Of a stretch of 64,000 bases of DNA, positions 35,955-45,365 are shown piece by piece. Positions within the stretch are counted from its first letter, which is position 1, and each line of letters opens with the position of its first letter. A model generated the notes under the pieces. The model worked only from the letters and a program-made list of their open reading frames with translations. It ran no database searches and was not told where the DNA came from. A program made the position numbers and the translations under genes. Origin of the DNA: Euryarchaeota archaeon SCGC AAA252-I15 (GTDB lineage Archaea > Altiarchaeota > Altiarchaeia > IMC4 > SCGC-AAA252-I15); assembly GCA_000402775.1 (NCBI GenBank), contig AQSC01000060.1:31780-95779 (forward strand), read 5' to 3'.

Positions 35955-36533
35955 TCACCTTTGAATCCTGGTGGTGGTCTCACAGATTTTTTCGGCAAGA
36001 TTTCGGACTGTTGCAAGGCCGATATCATCTTTCAGTACATCCCCCGGATTTCTTCCGACCGCGATTCCCCCGAAGTGGGCTGTTTTTTTGTCTGACACGA
36101 CAACCATTTCATGAACAAACATCCAGTCGACGATACTTGATAATGCCTTCTCCTGACCTCCGTTTCTGGAGCCGCCCACGGTAATGACTCCCCCAACCTT
36201 GCCGGCGAGCAGCATCCCGTTTCTTCGAAGCGGCAGCGTCCTGTCGAAGAAGGCTTTTAACCTCCCCGAGACCGAGGCAAAGTAGGTGGGGCTTGCAATG
36301 ATGATGGCGTCTGCATCCCGCATTTTCTCAAGAATTGGGAAAACATCATCTTTTACAGAGCATGTGAATCCGGTCTTGCACGCGTCACATGTCGTGCAAA
36401 ATCCGATACTTTTTTCTGCCAGGGATACGAGTTCGGTCTCAAAACCCATCTTCTCGCAGACAAACAATGCTTTTTCAAGAAGCTGTAGAGTATTCCCCTG
36501 CCGGTGCGCCCCTGAAATCCCAATAACCCTCAT
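35955..36533 (-). CDS. NADPH-dependent FMN reductase / iron-sulfur flavoprotein (Isf-like)
   Basis: ATG 36533 gives MRVIGISGAHRQGNT. Compact Cys cluster CTTCDACKTGFTC, then IIIASPTYFASVSG. Confidence 0.75.
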   Translation of the reverse strand: MRVIGISGAHRQGNTLQLLEKALFVCEKMGFETELVSLAEKSIGFCTTCDACKTGFTCSVKDDVFPILEKMRDADAIIIASPTYFASVSGRLKAFFDRTLPLRRNGMLLAGKVGGVITVGGSRNGGQEKALSSIVDWMFVHEMVVVSDKKTAHFGGIAVGRNPGDVLKDDIGLATVRNLAEKICETTTRIQR

Positions 36534-36544
36534 TTTCCCTTCTT

Positions 36545-38146
36545 TTACATAACGTATCGCGCAAACAACTTCTTCATCTGCCTCCAAAGCATTGTGGATG
36601 CGTCAGTGTTTTTTTTAATGTCCTTGATAAGATCATTGTATAGCCTCCTCTCTTCCTCCCCTAAAAGATCCTCTTGCTCCTTCTTGTGCTTCACCGTCAT
36701 CTGACCCTGATCGCCCCCTCCGCTCGACTGAGTAGGGCTCATATCAACGATGTCCCTGAAAATCTTTCCCGTGAAACTACCGCTCCGACCTTTTTCATCC
36801 TCTTCCTCCTCCTCGATTAAAAACTTTTTCACTGAAGAATACCAGGCTGGGAGGGAAGAGTTAACTGCATGCTTTCCTGACGTCGCTTGCCTGAAGTCTG
36901 AAAACGTGATATTCCTCTCCTTCTTAGTCTTCAAAGCCTCCTTCCAGGGAATAGAAGCGGCGGCATTACAAACCTCTTTAACGTCAGCGCCTGAATAGCC
37001 TTCACTAAGCCGCGCAAGCCTTTTAAGGTTGAGTTTAGGATCCACTGGCCGACCTTTAATATTCAGCTTGAACAATTCAACACGAGTTTCATAGTCTGGT
37101 TCAGGGAAATAAATCGATTTCGAGAAACGGCCGGCACGGCGAAGCGCGGAATCAGTGTCCCAAGGAGCGTTCGTAGCGCCCACAACGAGAATGCCTTCAT
37201 TGTCGAATTCGACACCGTCCATCTCAGTCAGAAACTGGTTGATGGCACGGCGTTCAAAGCTCTGTTGCATGTCGTCTCGCCGCCCTCCCATACCGTCTAT
37301 CTCGTCGAAGAAGAGTATGCAAGGCTTGTGATTTCTGGCCGTCTCGAATGCGGAGTGCAAATTCTTTTCCGTGTTTCCTGCATACATGTCCACGATGTCG
37401 GAAATCTTCACGTTGATGAAGGAAGCCCCCGTCTCCCCTGCACAAGCTTTTGCAATGTATGTTTTTCCCGTTCCAGGAGGCCCGTAAAACATGACCCCCC
37501 CACCAGCCTTAGTACCATACCTTCTAGCAAGCTCTGGATCCTTTAGCGGATAAACAATGTAGTCTTTGATAAGCTCTTTCGTCCTTCCAAGTCCTGCAAC
37601 ATCCTTGAATCCGATATTCGGTTTCTTCAAAACATCGAATTGTTTGACAGCGCCCTCTTCCTCGCCGCCGCCACCCCCAGAGGCTCCGCCTCCACCTCCT
37701 CCGAAACCTCCGGACGGGGCGCCGGATGATGGTTTGGCGGCAGACATCTTGCTCTGGGCGACCTCTTTTTGGGTTTGAGCGCGGCTGTATCCAGGGTCTA
37801 CTTTCAATGCTTGATCATAGTCCGCTATAGCCTTTTTGTAGTCCTGCTTGTACTCGAAAACAAGGCCCCTGGTATAGTAGGCTTCTGCGAGATTCGCATT
37901 CAACTGGACTACTTTGTTCAAATCCTCCAAAGCCTTGTCGTAATCCTGCTGCCTAGTGTAAGCCAAACCCCTGTTGAAATATGATTCTAAAAGATCGGGT
38001 TTCAGTTCAAGGGCCTTATTGTAGTGTTCGATCGCCTTGTCGAACTCCCCGATCTTGTAGTAGTCGTTTGCGAGGTTGTGATACTCATGCTCGAGTTTCA
38101 CACCCTGCTTTGAATTTTTGTCTGGAGTGGGCTTGCCGGCGGCCAT
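36545..38146 (-). CDS. TPR-repeat + AAA+ ATPase fusion (Vps4/katanin-like clade AAA domain)
   Basis: Three to four TPRs at the N-terminus (YHNLANDYYKIGEFDKAIEHYNKALELKPD ...), then a Gly-rich linker (GGFGGGGGGASGGGGGEEEG). Walker A GPPGTGKT, Walker B ILFFDEID, and ATNAPWDTDSALRRAGRF. Confidence 0.8.
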   Translation of the reverse strand: MAAGKPTPDKNSKQGVKLEHEYHNLANDYYKIGEFDKAIEHYNKALELKPDLLESYFNRGLAYTRQQDYDKALEDLNKVVQLNANLAEAYYTRGLVFEYKQDYKKAIADYDQALKVDPGYSRAQTQKEVAQSKMSAAKPSSGAPSGGFGGGGGGASGGGGGEEEGAVKQFDVLKKPNIGFKDVAGLGRTKELIKDYIVYPLKDPELARRYGTKAGGGVMFYGPPGTGKTYIAKACAGETGASFINVKISDIVDMYAGNTEKNLHSAFETARNHKPCILFFDEIDGMGGRRDDMQQSFERRAINQFLTEMDGVEFDNEGILVVGATNAPWDTDSALRRAGRFSKSIYFPEPDYETRVELFKLNIKGRPVDPKLNLKRLARLSEGYSGADVKEVCNAAASIPWKEALKTKKERNITFSDFRQATSGKHAVNSSLPAWYSSVKKFLIEEEEEDEKGRSGSFTGKIFRDIVDMSPTQSSGGGDQGQMTVKHKKEQEDLLGEEERRLYNDLIKDIKKNTDASTMLWRQMKKLFARYVM

Positions 38147-38243
38147 GTCAATTTACTTATCTCCTTTAAATTAAATTAATAGCTTGAGTGAGTTGAAGGT
38201 GGTTTACAGACGCTATTATACAATAATATCCACATTATTTACC

Positions 38244-39572
38244 ATGGCTCGTGATAAGACGGCCGCCGTAGTTGGGGGTTACGGGGGCATGGGGAAGATT
38301 TTTGCCGCACTTCTAGCGCAAGAGGGATTTAACGTTACGATTTCAGGCCCCTCCGAAACGAAAGGAGGGAAGGTTGCGGGAGAATTGGAAGTCACTTACG
38401 AGCGAGACAACATTAATGCAGTCTCCCATGCGGACGTCACCATTATTTCAGTTCCCATCGACAAGACGGTGTCCGTCATAGCGGAGGTTGGTCCCGCCCT
38501 CAAGAAGGGGTCGCTTCTTATGGATGTGACTTCTATCAAGCAGCTGCCTTGTAAAACTATGGAGGAGCACTGTCCGAAGGGTGTTGAGATTCTTGGGACG
38601 CACCCGATTTTTGGACCGCGCGTGAATAAAGTTGACGGCCAAGTCTTTGTATTAACCCCAATTAGGGAAGGCAAATGGAGCAGACTTTTCATCGACATTT
38701 TAAAGAAGCATAAAGTGAGGGTTCACGCGACTTCCCCCGAAACTCACGACGAAGTGATGGCTGTGGTTCAGGGTTTAACCCATTTCACTTACATTTCTCT
38801 TGCGAAAACCTTGCACGAGCTCTCATTCGACATAAAGGATTCTAGGAATTATTCCTCCCCTGTTTACGAGATGATGCTTGACATGGTGGGAAGGATTATC
38901 GGGCAGGACCCTCACCTTTACGCCGAGATTCAGATGAGAAATCCAAAGATCCCGCGAGTCCACAAGGCCTTCCTTAAGGCTTCAAAGACGTTGAGCGAAA
39001 TCGTAGGCAAAGGAGATGAAAAAGCGTTCGTAAGCTTTATGGTCGAGGCTGCCAAACACTTCGACGACGTTGAGAGGGCTATGGGACGCTCTGACAAGGC
39101 GATTGAATCGCTTGTCGCAGAGCTTAAACTGATTAAGGGTTCAGTGGGTCGAGAGCTGCTTTTAGAGCACATTTATTCGGGGAAAAAGCATCTTGGCGTC
39201 GTGGAGGATGTTTCGCCGGATGAAGTTTTGCTCTTGGAGGGTGGTGGGAAAAAGAATCTTAAGCTTTCTAACATTCGAGTTCTTGGTGGTGGGGAGAAGA
39301 AGTCGTTTAAGATTGAGAAGTTTGGCGCGGTCGCAAGGGATTTCTCAATCCTTATCGACTCGCCTGCAGACGAGGACTTTATTTCAAAGCTTCTCATGCA
39401 GTATGACGACCGCATTATCTCGGTGAACGTAAAAGACGTGTATGAGGGGAAACAGCTTCCTGAAGGGAAGAAGAGTGTTTGTTTTGGCATTGAAATAATA
39501 AACGAGGACGCAAAGGACGCTGACGCAGGCGTCTCCGACTTCTTCGAAAAATTAGGAGGGGTTCGAAGGTGA
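38244..39572 (+). CDS. tyrA: Prephenate dehydrogenase with a C-terminal extension (FDX-ACB-like domain)
   Basis: ATG 38244 gives MARDKTAAVVGGYGGMGKIF (Rossmann). Also HPIFGP and a PDH core. The C-terminal ~150 aa ends with RDFSILID..VNVKDVYEGKQLPEGKKSVCFGIEI. Confidence 0.8.
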   Translation: MARDKTAAVVGGYGGMGKIFAALLAQEGFNVTISGPSETKGGKVAGELEVTYERDNINAVSHADVTIISVPIDKTVSVIAEVGPALKKGSLLMDVTSIKQLPCKTMEEHCPKGVEILGTHPIFGPRVNKVDGQVFVLTPIREGKWSRLFIDILKKHKVRVHATSPETHDEVMAVVQGLTHFTYISLAKTLHELSFDIKDSRNYSSPVYEMMLDMVGRIIGQDPHLYAEIQMRNPKIPRVHKAFLKASKTLSEIVGKGDEKAFVSFMVEAAKHFDDVERAMGRSDKAIESLVAELKLIKGSVGRELLLEHIYSGKKHLGVVEDVSPDEVLLLEGGGKKNLKLSNIRVLGGGEKKSFKIEKFGAVARDFSILIDSPADEDFISKLLMQYDDRIISVNVKDVYEGKQLPEGKKSVCFGIEIINEDAKDADAGVSDFFEKLGGVRR

Positions 39573-40066
39573 AGGTTATAAGCGTGATCGGAAAAGACGG
39601 CGAAATCCCCGAAAATCTTGAGGATGCGGCCTACATTGTTGGAAGTATAATTGCAGAAAAAGGTTTTGTGCTCGCCTGCGGGGGACACACGGGAGTCATG
39701 GAAGCAGCCTGCAGAGGTGCTAAGGACAACGGGGGCTTGACTGTGGGGATAATGCCCGAAGACTCGACTGAGGGTGCGAACCCCTACGTCGACATCATCC
39801 TACCCACCGCGATGGGCTACGCCCGAAACACGCTCGTAGCGCTCGCCGGAGAAGTCGTGATAGCTGTAGGCGGGAGCACGGGCACTCTCTCCGAAATTGC
39901 CCAAGCCTTGAACTTCGGCCGGCAAGTAGTCGTGGTCACTGGAGTAGACGGTATCGGAGAGAAAATCCCGTCCGTCTTCAACGTCGACGGGAGGAAAGTA
40001 AAACTTCACATGGCTTCGGCCGAAGAAGCCGTCGAAGTTGCCGTGAAACTAATTGAAGAAAAATGA
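39569..40066 (+). CDS. TIGR00725/LOG-like (SLOG) family protein
   Basis: 165 aa. ACGGHTGVMEAACRGA and AVGGSTGTLSEIA. GTGA overlap with the tyrA stop. Confidence 0.7.
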   Translation: MKVISVIGKDGEIPENLEDAAYIVGSIIAEKGFVLACGGHTGVMEAACRGAKDNGGLTVGIMPEDSTEGANPYVDIILPTAMGYARNTLVALAGEVVIAVGGSTGTLSEIAQALNFGRQVVVVTGVDGIGEKIPSVFNVDGRKVKLHMASAEEAVEVAVKLIEEK

Positions 40067-41115
40067 CTGACCAGACGGAAATACTAGAAGGACTTCGAAA
40101 TGATGACCTATTAAAGTGGGCGGAGGCCGCGGTAGCGGCAAAGAAACTCGCAGAGAATGAGAGCCTGACTATCGATGTTCTTCGCGAACTTGTCGCAAGA
40201 CGTGAGGAAATGGCGCCTTTTCCAGGCAATGACAGATATCTTGTTACGGAAGGCCACGCCGCTTTAGATGCCTTATCAAAGGCTGCTAGCCATCAAGAGC
40301 TTCCTGAAGGGGAGATTCTATCTCCCATACTTGATACTCTTGCAGGCCCTCCAGGAAATCCAGATTCAAGGTATGACGATGATATAACCCGCAGGTATTG
40401 CGCCGCAATTTTCATAAACAGGATGGCCAGTCAAAAGCTCTCCCAGACAACACTTGAACGGCTTGCGTGGGTTATGGGAACCCAAGAAGTAAAGGAGAAA
40501 AGAGATGCTCAAGGAAGACAGATTCCAGGTCCAGATGGGCAGCCTGAGATGGATTATATTCTACTAGACGGGGATCCCGACTTTGAGGCTGACAGGCTTG
40601 TCGCAAATGGGTTTGAAAACGGGGCCGAGCTCCAGGATTTTGAGGGGCCTATTATGGACAGACTGATTGATGTTTCACATAGGGGTAGATCTCATACAGC
40701 ACCAACTATTACTAAAACCCTTAAAATTTATGGGGCCAGTCACCCGCTACCGGATAGGATTTTAAATAAGTGGGGTGCTTGGCTTAAACACGGAATAGAC
40801 TCTGTTAAGGGATCTGGATTAAGCCATCTTCACTCAGTAGCCGGTGCGAACACTTTTTCGGATGAGATTTTAGCGGATGCCGCAAGCCTTCTTGGAAGCG
40901 AAGAAGAAGTCTTCGAGTTTGCGGAATTCCAGCCGTTGGGGGCTGTGGCAGAACAATTTTTAGTAAAGTACGGCCAAAACCATCCCGCTGAAGTGTGGGC
41001 TGCCGTGGGGGCGGTCGCACAGGCGGCTGAGGGTCCGGAAAATCAGGCGCTTTCAGAGCGGGCTTCTAGGATTTTGGAAGTTGTAAAGCCTCCTCAAAGG
41101 AAGTTGAAACAATGA
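40063..41115 (+). CDS. Hypothetical helical protein (350 aa)
   Basis: ATGA overlaps at both ends. Ala/Leu/Glu-rich, probably alpha-helical repeat. No enzyme motifs. Confidence 0.55.
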   Translation: MTDQTEILEGLRNDDLLKWAEAAVAAKKLAENESLTIDVLRELVARREEMAPFPGNDRYLVTEGHAALDALSKAASHQELPEGEILSPILDTLAGPPGNPDSRYDDDITRRYCAAIFINRMASQKLSQTTLERLAWVMGTQEVKEKRDAQGRQIPGPDGQPEMDYILLDGDPDFEADRLVANGFENGAELQDFEGPIMDRLIDVSHRGRSHTAPTITKTLKIYGASHPLPDRILNKWGAWLKHGIDSVKGSGLSHLHSVAGANTFSDEILADAASLLGSEEEVFEFAEFQPLGAVAEQFLVKYGQNHPAEVWAAVGAVAQAAEGPENQALSERASRILEVVKPPQRKLKQ

Positions 41116-42524
41116 GTTATTCCGAGGGAAAACTAGACGTCCCACATGCAGCATTAGTCATTGTCGTGCTAGCCTACACGTTCTTCTTCGTGTATTCACC
41201 CCACCTTGAATACGATTTTCCATTCCACGTCGACGAGTGGAGGCACATCACCGAAGCAAGGCGGGTAATTGACGGTTCATACCATCCCGCGCTTGAAGTG
41301 GGATTCCACATCTTCCTCGCACTCCTTTACAAAACCACGGATTTGGTTTTAATTTACAGATTCCTGCCCGCAGTTTTCGCATGCATCTCCTCAATAGTAC
41401 TTTTCTACACGACACTCAAGCTTTCCAAAAACTATAGCATATCAGTCCTCTCAATGGTTTTTTTCACATCCATAAAATCCAACGTAAACATCACGGGCAT
41501 GTGGTTTTTCACACCGCTAACTTTTAGCATACCATTAATCTACCTTTTCGCCTGGCTTTACAGTGAAGCAGTATCCAAAGACGACGTAAGAAAACTACTC
41601 TTAAGCTTCCTTGTATACCTTACGATCGCCTTCTTCCACATAATCTCTGCGACATTTCTGATCCCCGCAATAATATTATATTCTCTATTAAACCGCAAGT
41701 TCTTCATTAAACACTGGAAGACAAGCGCCATCGCACTACTAATCCCCATCGCAACCTACATTGCCTTCACAAGCGTTTTGAACGTCGACATACCCAAAGA
41801 CCCCAACCAAACACAGCTCATCTTCAAACACGGATGGGGAATCTATGAAATAGACCTTCCAATAATCCACGGATACTCCCACATAGCCGCACTACTCGCA
41901 GTACTGGGAATCCCAATCGCGTACAAAAAACGGCAACACCTCCACCTCTTATGGATGCTCACAACACTCACCGCAGTCTACGCTTTCCCGCATCTAGGAT
42001 ACAGCGTATTCGCCCCGTACCAGAGAAACTACTACTACTTCCTCTTAAGCCTACCCTTGCTTAGCGCATACGGAACTAACACGCTCTACGGTTTCATAAA
42101 GTCAAGGATTAAAAATGAAAATAAAACCCTCATAGTATTTTCGATCATGATGATCCTAGCCCTCACATTCACCTTCAAAGACTACTGGAGCCTGCCCGGC
42201 GACGTCAAAATCTACCAGCTCATAGACGAAAATGATTATCAAGCCTTAAAATTCCTCGAATCAATCGACCAATCCGATTCGAAAGTCATGGCCGACTCCA
42301 GAAAATCCATGGCAGTATACCCAGTATCAGGCCACGAGATCGTAGGTGGATTCTTCTTCTGGGGCAATAAAGACGACACCGAAAGATTCTTCAAAGAAAA
42401 CTGCACGATAAAACAGGATTTAATAAAGAAACATGCCGTAAGATATATACTCTCGAAGGAACCGCTAGACTGCGAGTGGGAGACAATATACAACAAAGAA
42501 AATTTCATCTACAATATCCAGTAA
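41112..42524 (+). CDS. Polytopic membrane protein, GT-C-like putative glycosyltransferase
   Basis: 470 aa with about 11 TM segments, an acidic first-loop motif (FHVDEWRH) and a ~120-aa C-terminal soluble domain. Lies directly upstream of the glycosyltransferase genes. Confidence 0.45.
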   Translation: MSYSEGKLDVPHAALVIVVLAYTFFFVYSPHLEYDFPFHVDEWRHITEARRVIDGSYHPALEVGFHIFLALLYKTTDLVLIYRFLPAVFACISSIVLFYTTLKLSKNYSISVLSMVFFTSIKSNVNITGMWFFTPLTFSIPLIYLFAWLYSEAVSKDDVRKLLLSFLVYLTIAFFHIISATFLIPAIILYSLLNRKFFIKHWKTSAIALLIPIATYIAFTSVLNVDIPKDPNQTQLIFKHGWGIYEIDLPIIHGYSHIAALLAVLGIPIAYKKRQHLHLLWMLTTLTAVYAFPHLGYSVFAPYQRNYYYFLLSLPLLSAYGTNTLYGFIKSRIKNENKTLIVFSIMMILALTFTFKDYWSLPGDVKIYQLIDENDYQALKFLESIDQSDSKVMADSRKSMAVYPVSGHEIVGGFFFWGNKDDTERFFKENCTIKQDLIKKHAVRYILSKEPLDCEWETIYNKENFIYNIQ

Positions 42525-42547
42525 AAAACAAGGGGAAAAGGGATAAA

Positions 42548-44371
42548 GTGGACGCACTCGAATTCATGCTAAGAATAATAGGAACAATCCTCTTCTTCAC
42601 GCCAGGAATCCTCATAAGCTACCTCACATTCAAAAAAACAAACCTAACCGAACGAACCGCATACTCCATCGTCTTTACTGCTGCTTACTCAGCCATTTTG
42701 GGACTGATACTTGCAATTTTCAAGGTTTTCACCATCAAATCCATGATCGTAACGATTGTTTGCCTAAATACTTTTTTGTTTCTGCTCATTCGAAAATTAA
42801 AACGTAAATACACTTTCGCCACCTGTAAGGTTGATAAAAAATTTATTTTTTTGATTTTTATAACTCTCCTTGGAGTTATTTGGAGATTATTTTTCAGATT
42901 AAAAGTCAACGCCTGGGGTGATGGGTATCATCATGTGGGTATTCTACTTGAAAGAGAATTAAGTGAAAGCAATAGCCTTTCAATATCCTTACCTGACTTG
43001 AATTTTTATACGGGTATGGCAGTGAATAAAGGTAGTTTCTTAGGAGGGCAATTATCCTCCATGATTTTTGACTCGTTATCTTTTAATTCTGATTTTATTA
43101 AAATTCCGTTATCTGTTTTTTTATTGTGTAGTTTTACTTACATTGTTGTAAAAAAGTATACTCATAGAAGGGACTTGGCAGTATTTGGATCAGTTGTAAT
43201 GGCTATTGGTCCTGTTGAAATATGGCAAAACACTCTAGGATTTCTAGGAGGGGATTTAGCTTATATTTCGTTAATATCACTATTCATTTATTTTAAAACT
43301 AAGGTCCGAGGGTATTCGTGGCTTGTATTTTTCCTCGCGATAACTATGATGATTAGTTATTACACGCCTACCGTCGTAATGGTTATCTCATCAGCGGGAT
43401 TTATACTTGCACTTGTATTAAAACAAATATTTGAAAAGAGAAACACATTCAGGATTACGTTTGGCATTATATTCAACAAAAAGATTTGGGTGTATTCAAT
43501 AATATTAGTTGTATTATCATCTTTTCTATTGAACTTTTCTAGTGAAGGGATCACCCAATATTCAATAGAAACTTTTAAAGAGACAACTAAGTATACAGTT
43601 GAAAAAGCAAAATCTGAAATTTCAGATTCCGAGAAAGAGGTCAAAAAAGATATCTCAACTGTTAAACCACCAAAACCTTATAAGTCTAATATCAGATTTC
43701 TAGGTTTACCCGTAATAAGCTGGCAAGACCTATATTTCACACTCTTAGGCTTTACTTTTATTTTTCACTTAATTTTCGGGAAGAAGAGTCAAATTGAATA
43801 CGACATTTTTTTAGCTGGAATACCCGCTGTAATGCTAGCTCTTGCATTTTACAATGTGAATATGCCTGAGAGGGCCTTTTCATATCTCGCTTTTTTCGGA
43901 ATACTCACAGCTAAAATCCCAAAAAAACTCTTTAAAATTTTCACGGTTTTGTCTATCATTTTCCTTTTAACTACGAGTCACATTGTCGCAAGCGAGAGAA
44001 TAAAATTCTTCAATAATTCCCCTGGAGAAATCGAAGCTGCTAGATGGGTGAAAAGTAACTTAAATGGGATACTATTAAGTGATGAACGATTTATTAGCCT
44101 CCTTGTCATTGAAGATTACAATAAGGTAAACGGATTCGAAGATGATTCAAAATATATGAGTCCAACATATTACGAATCAAATGTGGAAAATGCGAAAATC
44201 GTATTTGAACAGAATAACGTAGAGTATTTTGCATCCTCCAAGCGTATGAGGGAGGAGTATATATTAATGTTGAATTTCCCTCAGGAGCCTATGACAAACA
44301 TACGAATGTATGAACGGAATTTCCGGCTCATATTCGACAACGGCGACGTGAGGATTTATAAAATCAAATAG
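42548..44371 (+). CDS. Polytopic membrane protein, GT-C-like putative glycosyltransferase (second copy, AT-rich)
   Basis: GTG 42548 (or ATG 42566), preceded by aagggga. Many TM segments, a loop motif AWGDGYHH, and a C-terminal soluble domain ending ..DNGDVRIYKIK, similar in layout to the 41112 protein. Confidence 0.45.
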   Translation: MDALEFMLRIIGTILFFTPGILISYLTFKKTNLTERTAYSIVFTAAYSAILGLILAIFKVFTIKSMIVTIVCLNTFLFLLIRKLKRKYTFATCKVDKKFIFLIFITLLGVIWRLFFRLKVNAWGDGYHHVGILLERELSESNSLSISLPDLNFYTGMAVNKGSFLGGQLSSMIFDSLSFNSDFIKIPLSVFLLCSFTYIVVKKYTHRRDLAVFGSVVMAIGPVEIWQNTLGFLGGDLAYISLISLFIYFKTKVRGYSWLVFFLAITMMISYYTPTVVMVISSAGFILALVLKQIFEKRNTFRITFGIIFNKKIWVYSIILVVLSSFLLNFSSEGITQYSIETFKETTKYTVEKAKSEISDSEKEVKKDISTVKPPKPYKSNIRFLGLPVISWQDLYFTLLGFTFIFHLIFGKKSQIEYDIFLAGIPAVMLALAFYNVNMPERAFSYLAFFGILTAKIPKKLFKIFTVLSIIFLLTTSHIVASERIKFFNNSPGEIEAARWVKSNLNGILLSDERFISLLVIEDYNKVNGFEDDSKYMSPTYYESNVENAKIVFEQNNVEYFASSKRMREEYILMLNFPQEPMTNIRMYERNFRLIFDNGDVRIYKIK

Positions 44372-44378
44372 GAAAAAT

Positions 44379-45365
44379 ATGAGAATGAGTGTTTTGTTCT
44401 TGTCTCATAATCCGCATGAAGTCCACCTCAATTTCGCAAGGGCGGTTGGTGCTCGGGTGGAGGTTCTCCCCTTTGACGAGAGTGTCAGAAGGGGTAAGCA
44501 CCATCCAGCGTTTAAGCTACTACACCCCCTACAATCATTTCTATATAGTAAAAAACTGAAAGTAAAAGAGGATGTTTTACTTGTTGACGGAGGGTCATCG
44601 ATTTTTACTGCCGCATTCTTGAAGATGAGATATAAGCACTTAAAATTGGTTTATATCGACGGAGACTTGTTCATCCTGACATTAAGTAAAAATAATTTTC
44701 TGACAAAGATTGTGAAAAAATTTTTCTTGAAAAGAATCGATGCAATAATCTCTGTATCCGAAATGAATAAGGATGAAGCCTCAAAATATTTAACCGTTCC
44801 AATTGAAGTCGCCGAACCCTACCCTCAACCTGTATGTCAGAATAAAAACGGAAGGAAAAATTATGGATTATATGTTGGAAGGTTAGATCCTGACAAGAAT
44901 ATCGACCGAATCATAGATTTCGGACTCAAATCCCCTTTCCTTGAGAAATTCATTGTTGTCGGAGAGGGTACATTAAGCGATTACATAAAAGAAAAGGCTA
45001 GTGTAAACAAAAAACTTGTGTATGTGGGGGAAACTGGTAATATTTCAAAATATTATTCTGAATGCAAATTCCTAGTCCATTTACCCGACTTCGACCCACA
45101 CCCATGCACAACAATGGAGGCAGCGGAATGCGGTTGTTATCCCATAATTTCAGAGGGAGTTGGTTCAAAATACCTTTTCGACGAAATGTTTATCGTCAAT
45201 GCAAACGATTTTGATGAAGTGAACGACAAGATTGATTATATCTTAAAACATGATGTTGAAGTGAAGAAATCGTTGGAAAAAACTGTTGAAAAAATCCCAT
45301 CTAAAAGTGATTCGATTAAAAAGTTCAAACTCAAGTTTGATACAGTTATGGGTGAGATCACATGA
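44379..45365 (+). CDS. Glycosyltransferase (GT-B fold, GT4-like)
   Basis: 328 aa. C-terminal half has FVGRLDPDKNI-type (YVGRLDPDKNI) and E....E(A)..G motifs (TTMEAAECGCYPI). Confidence 0.6.
   Translation: MRMSVLFLSHNPHEVHLNFARAVGARVEVLPFDESVRRGKHHPAFKLLHPLQSFLYSKKLKVKEDVLLVDGGSSIFTAAFLKMRYKHLKLVYIDGDLFILTLSKNNFLTKIVKKFFLKRIDAIISVSEMNKDEASKYLTVPIEVAEPYPQPVCQNKNGRKNYGLYVGRLDPDKNIDRIIDFGLKSPFLEKFIVVGEGTLSDYIKEKASVNKKLVYVGETGNISKYYSECKFLVHLPDFDPHPCTTMEAAECGCYPIISEGVGSKYLFDEMFIVNANDFDEVNDKIDYILKHDVEVKKSLEKTVEKIPSKSDSIKKFKLKFDTVMGEIT

Noticed and set aside
39173-39688. 171-aa ORF on the minus strand (similar long antisense ORFs occur at 5468-5881, 47657-48169 and 11586-12126)
   Set aside because: All are antisense or out of frame within genes that have strong homology signals. 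None has motifs or plausible start contexts.
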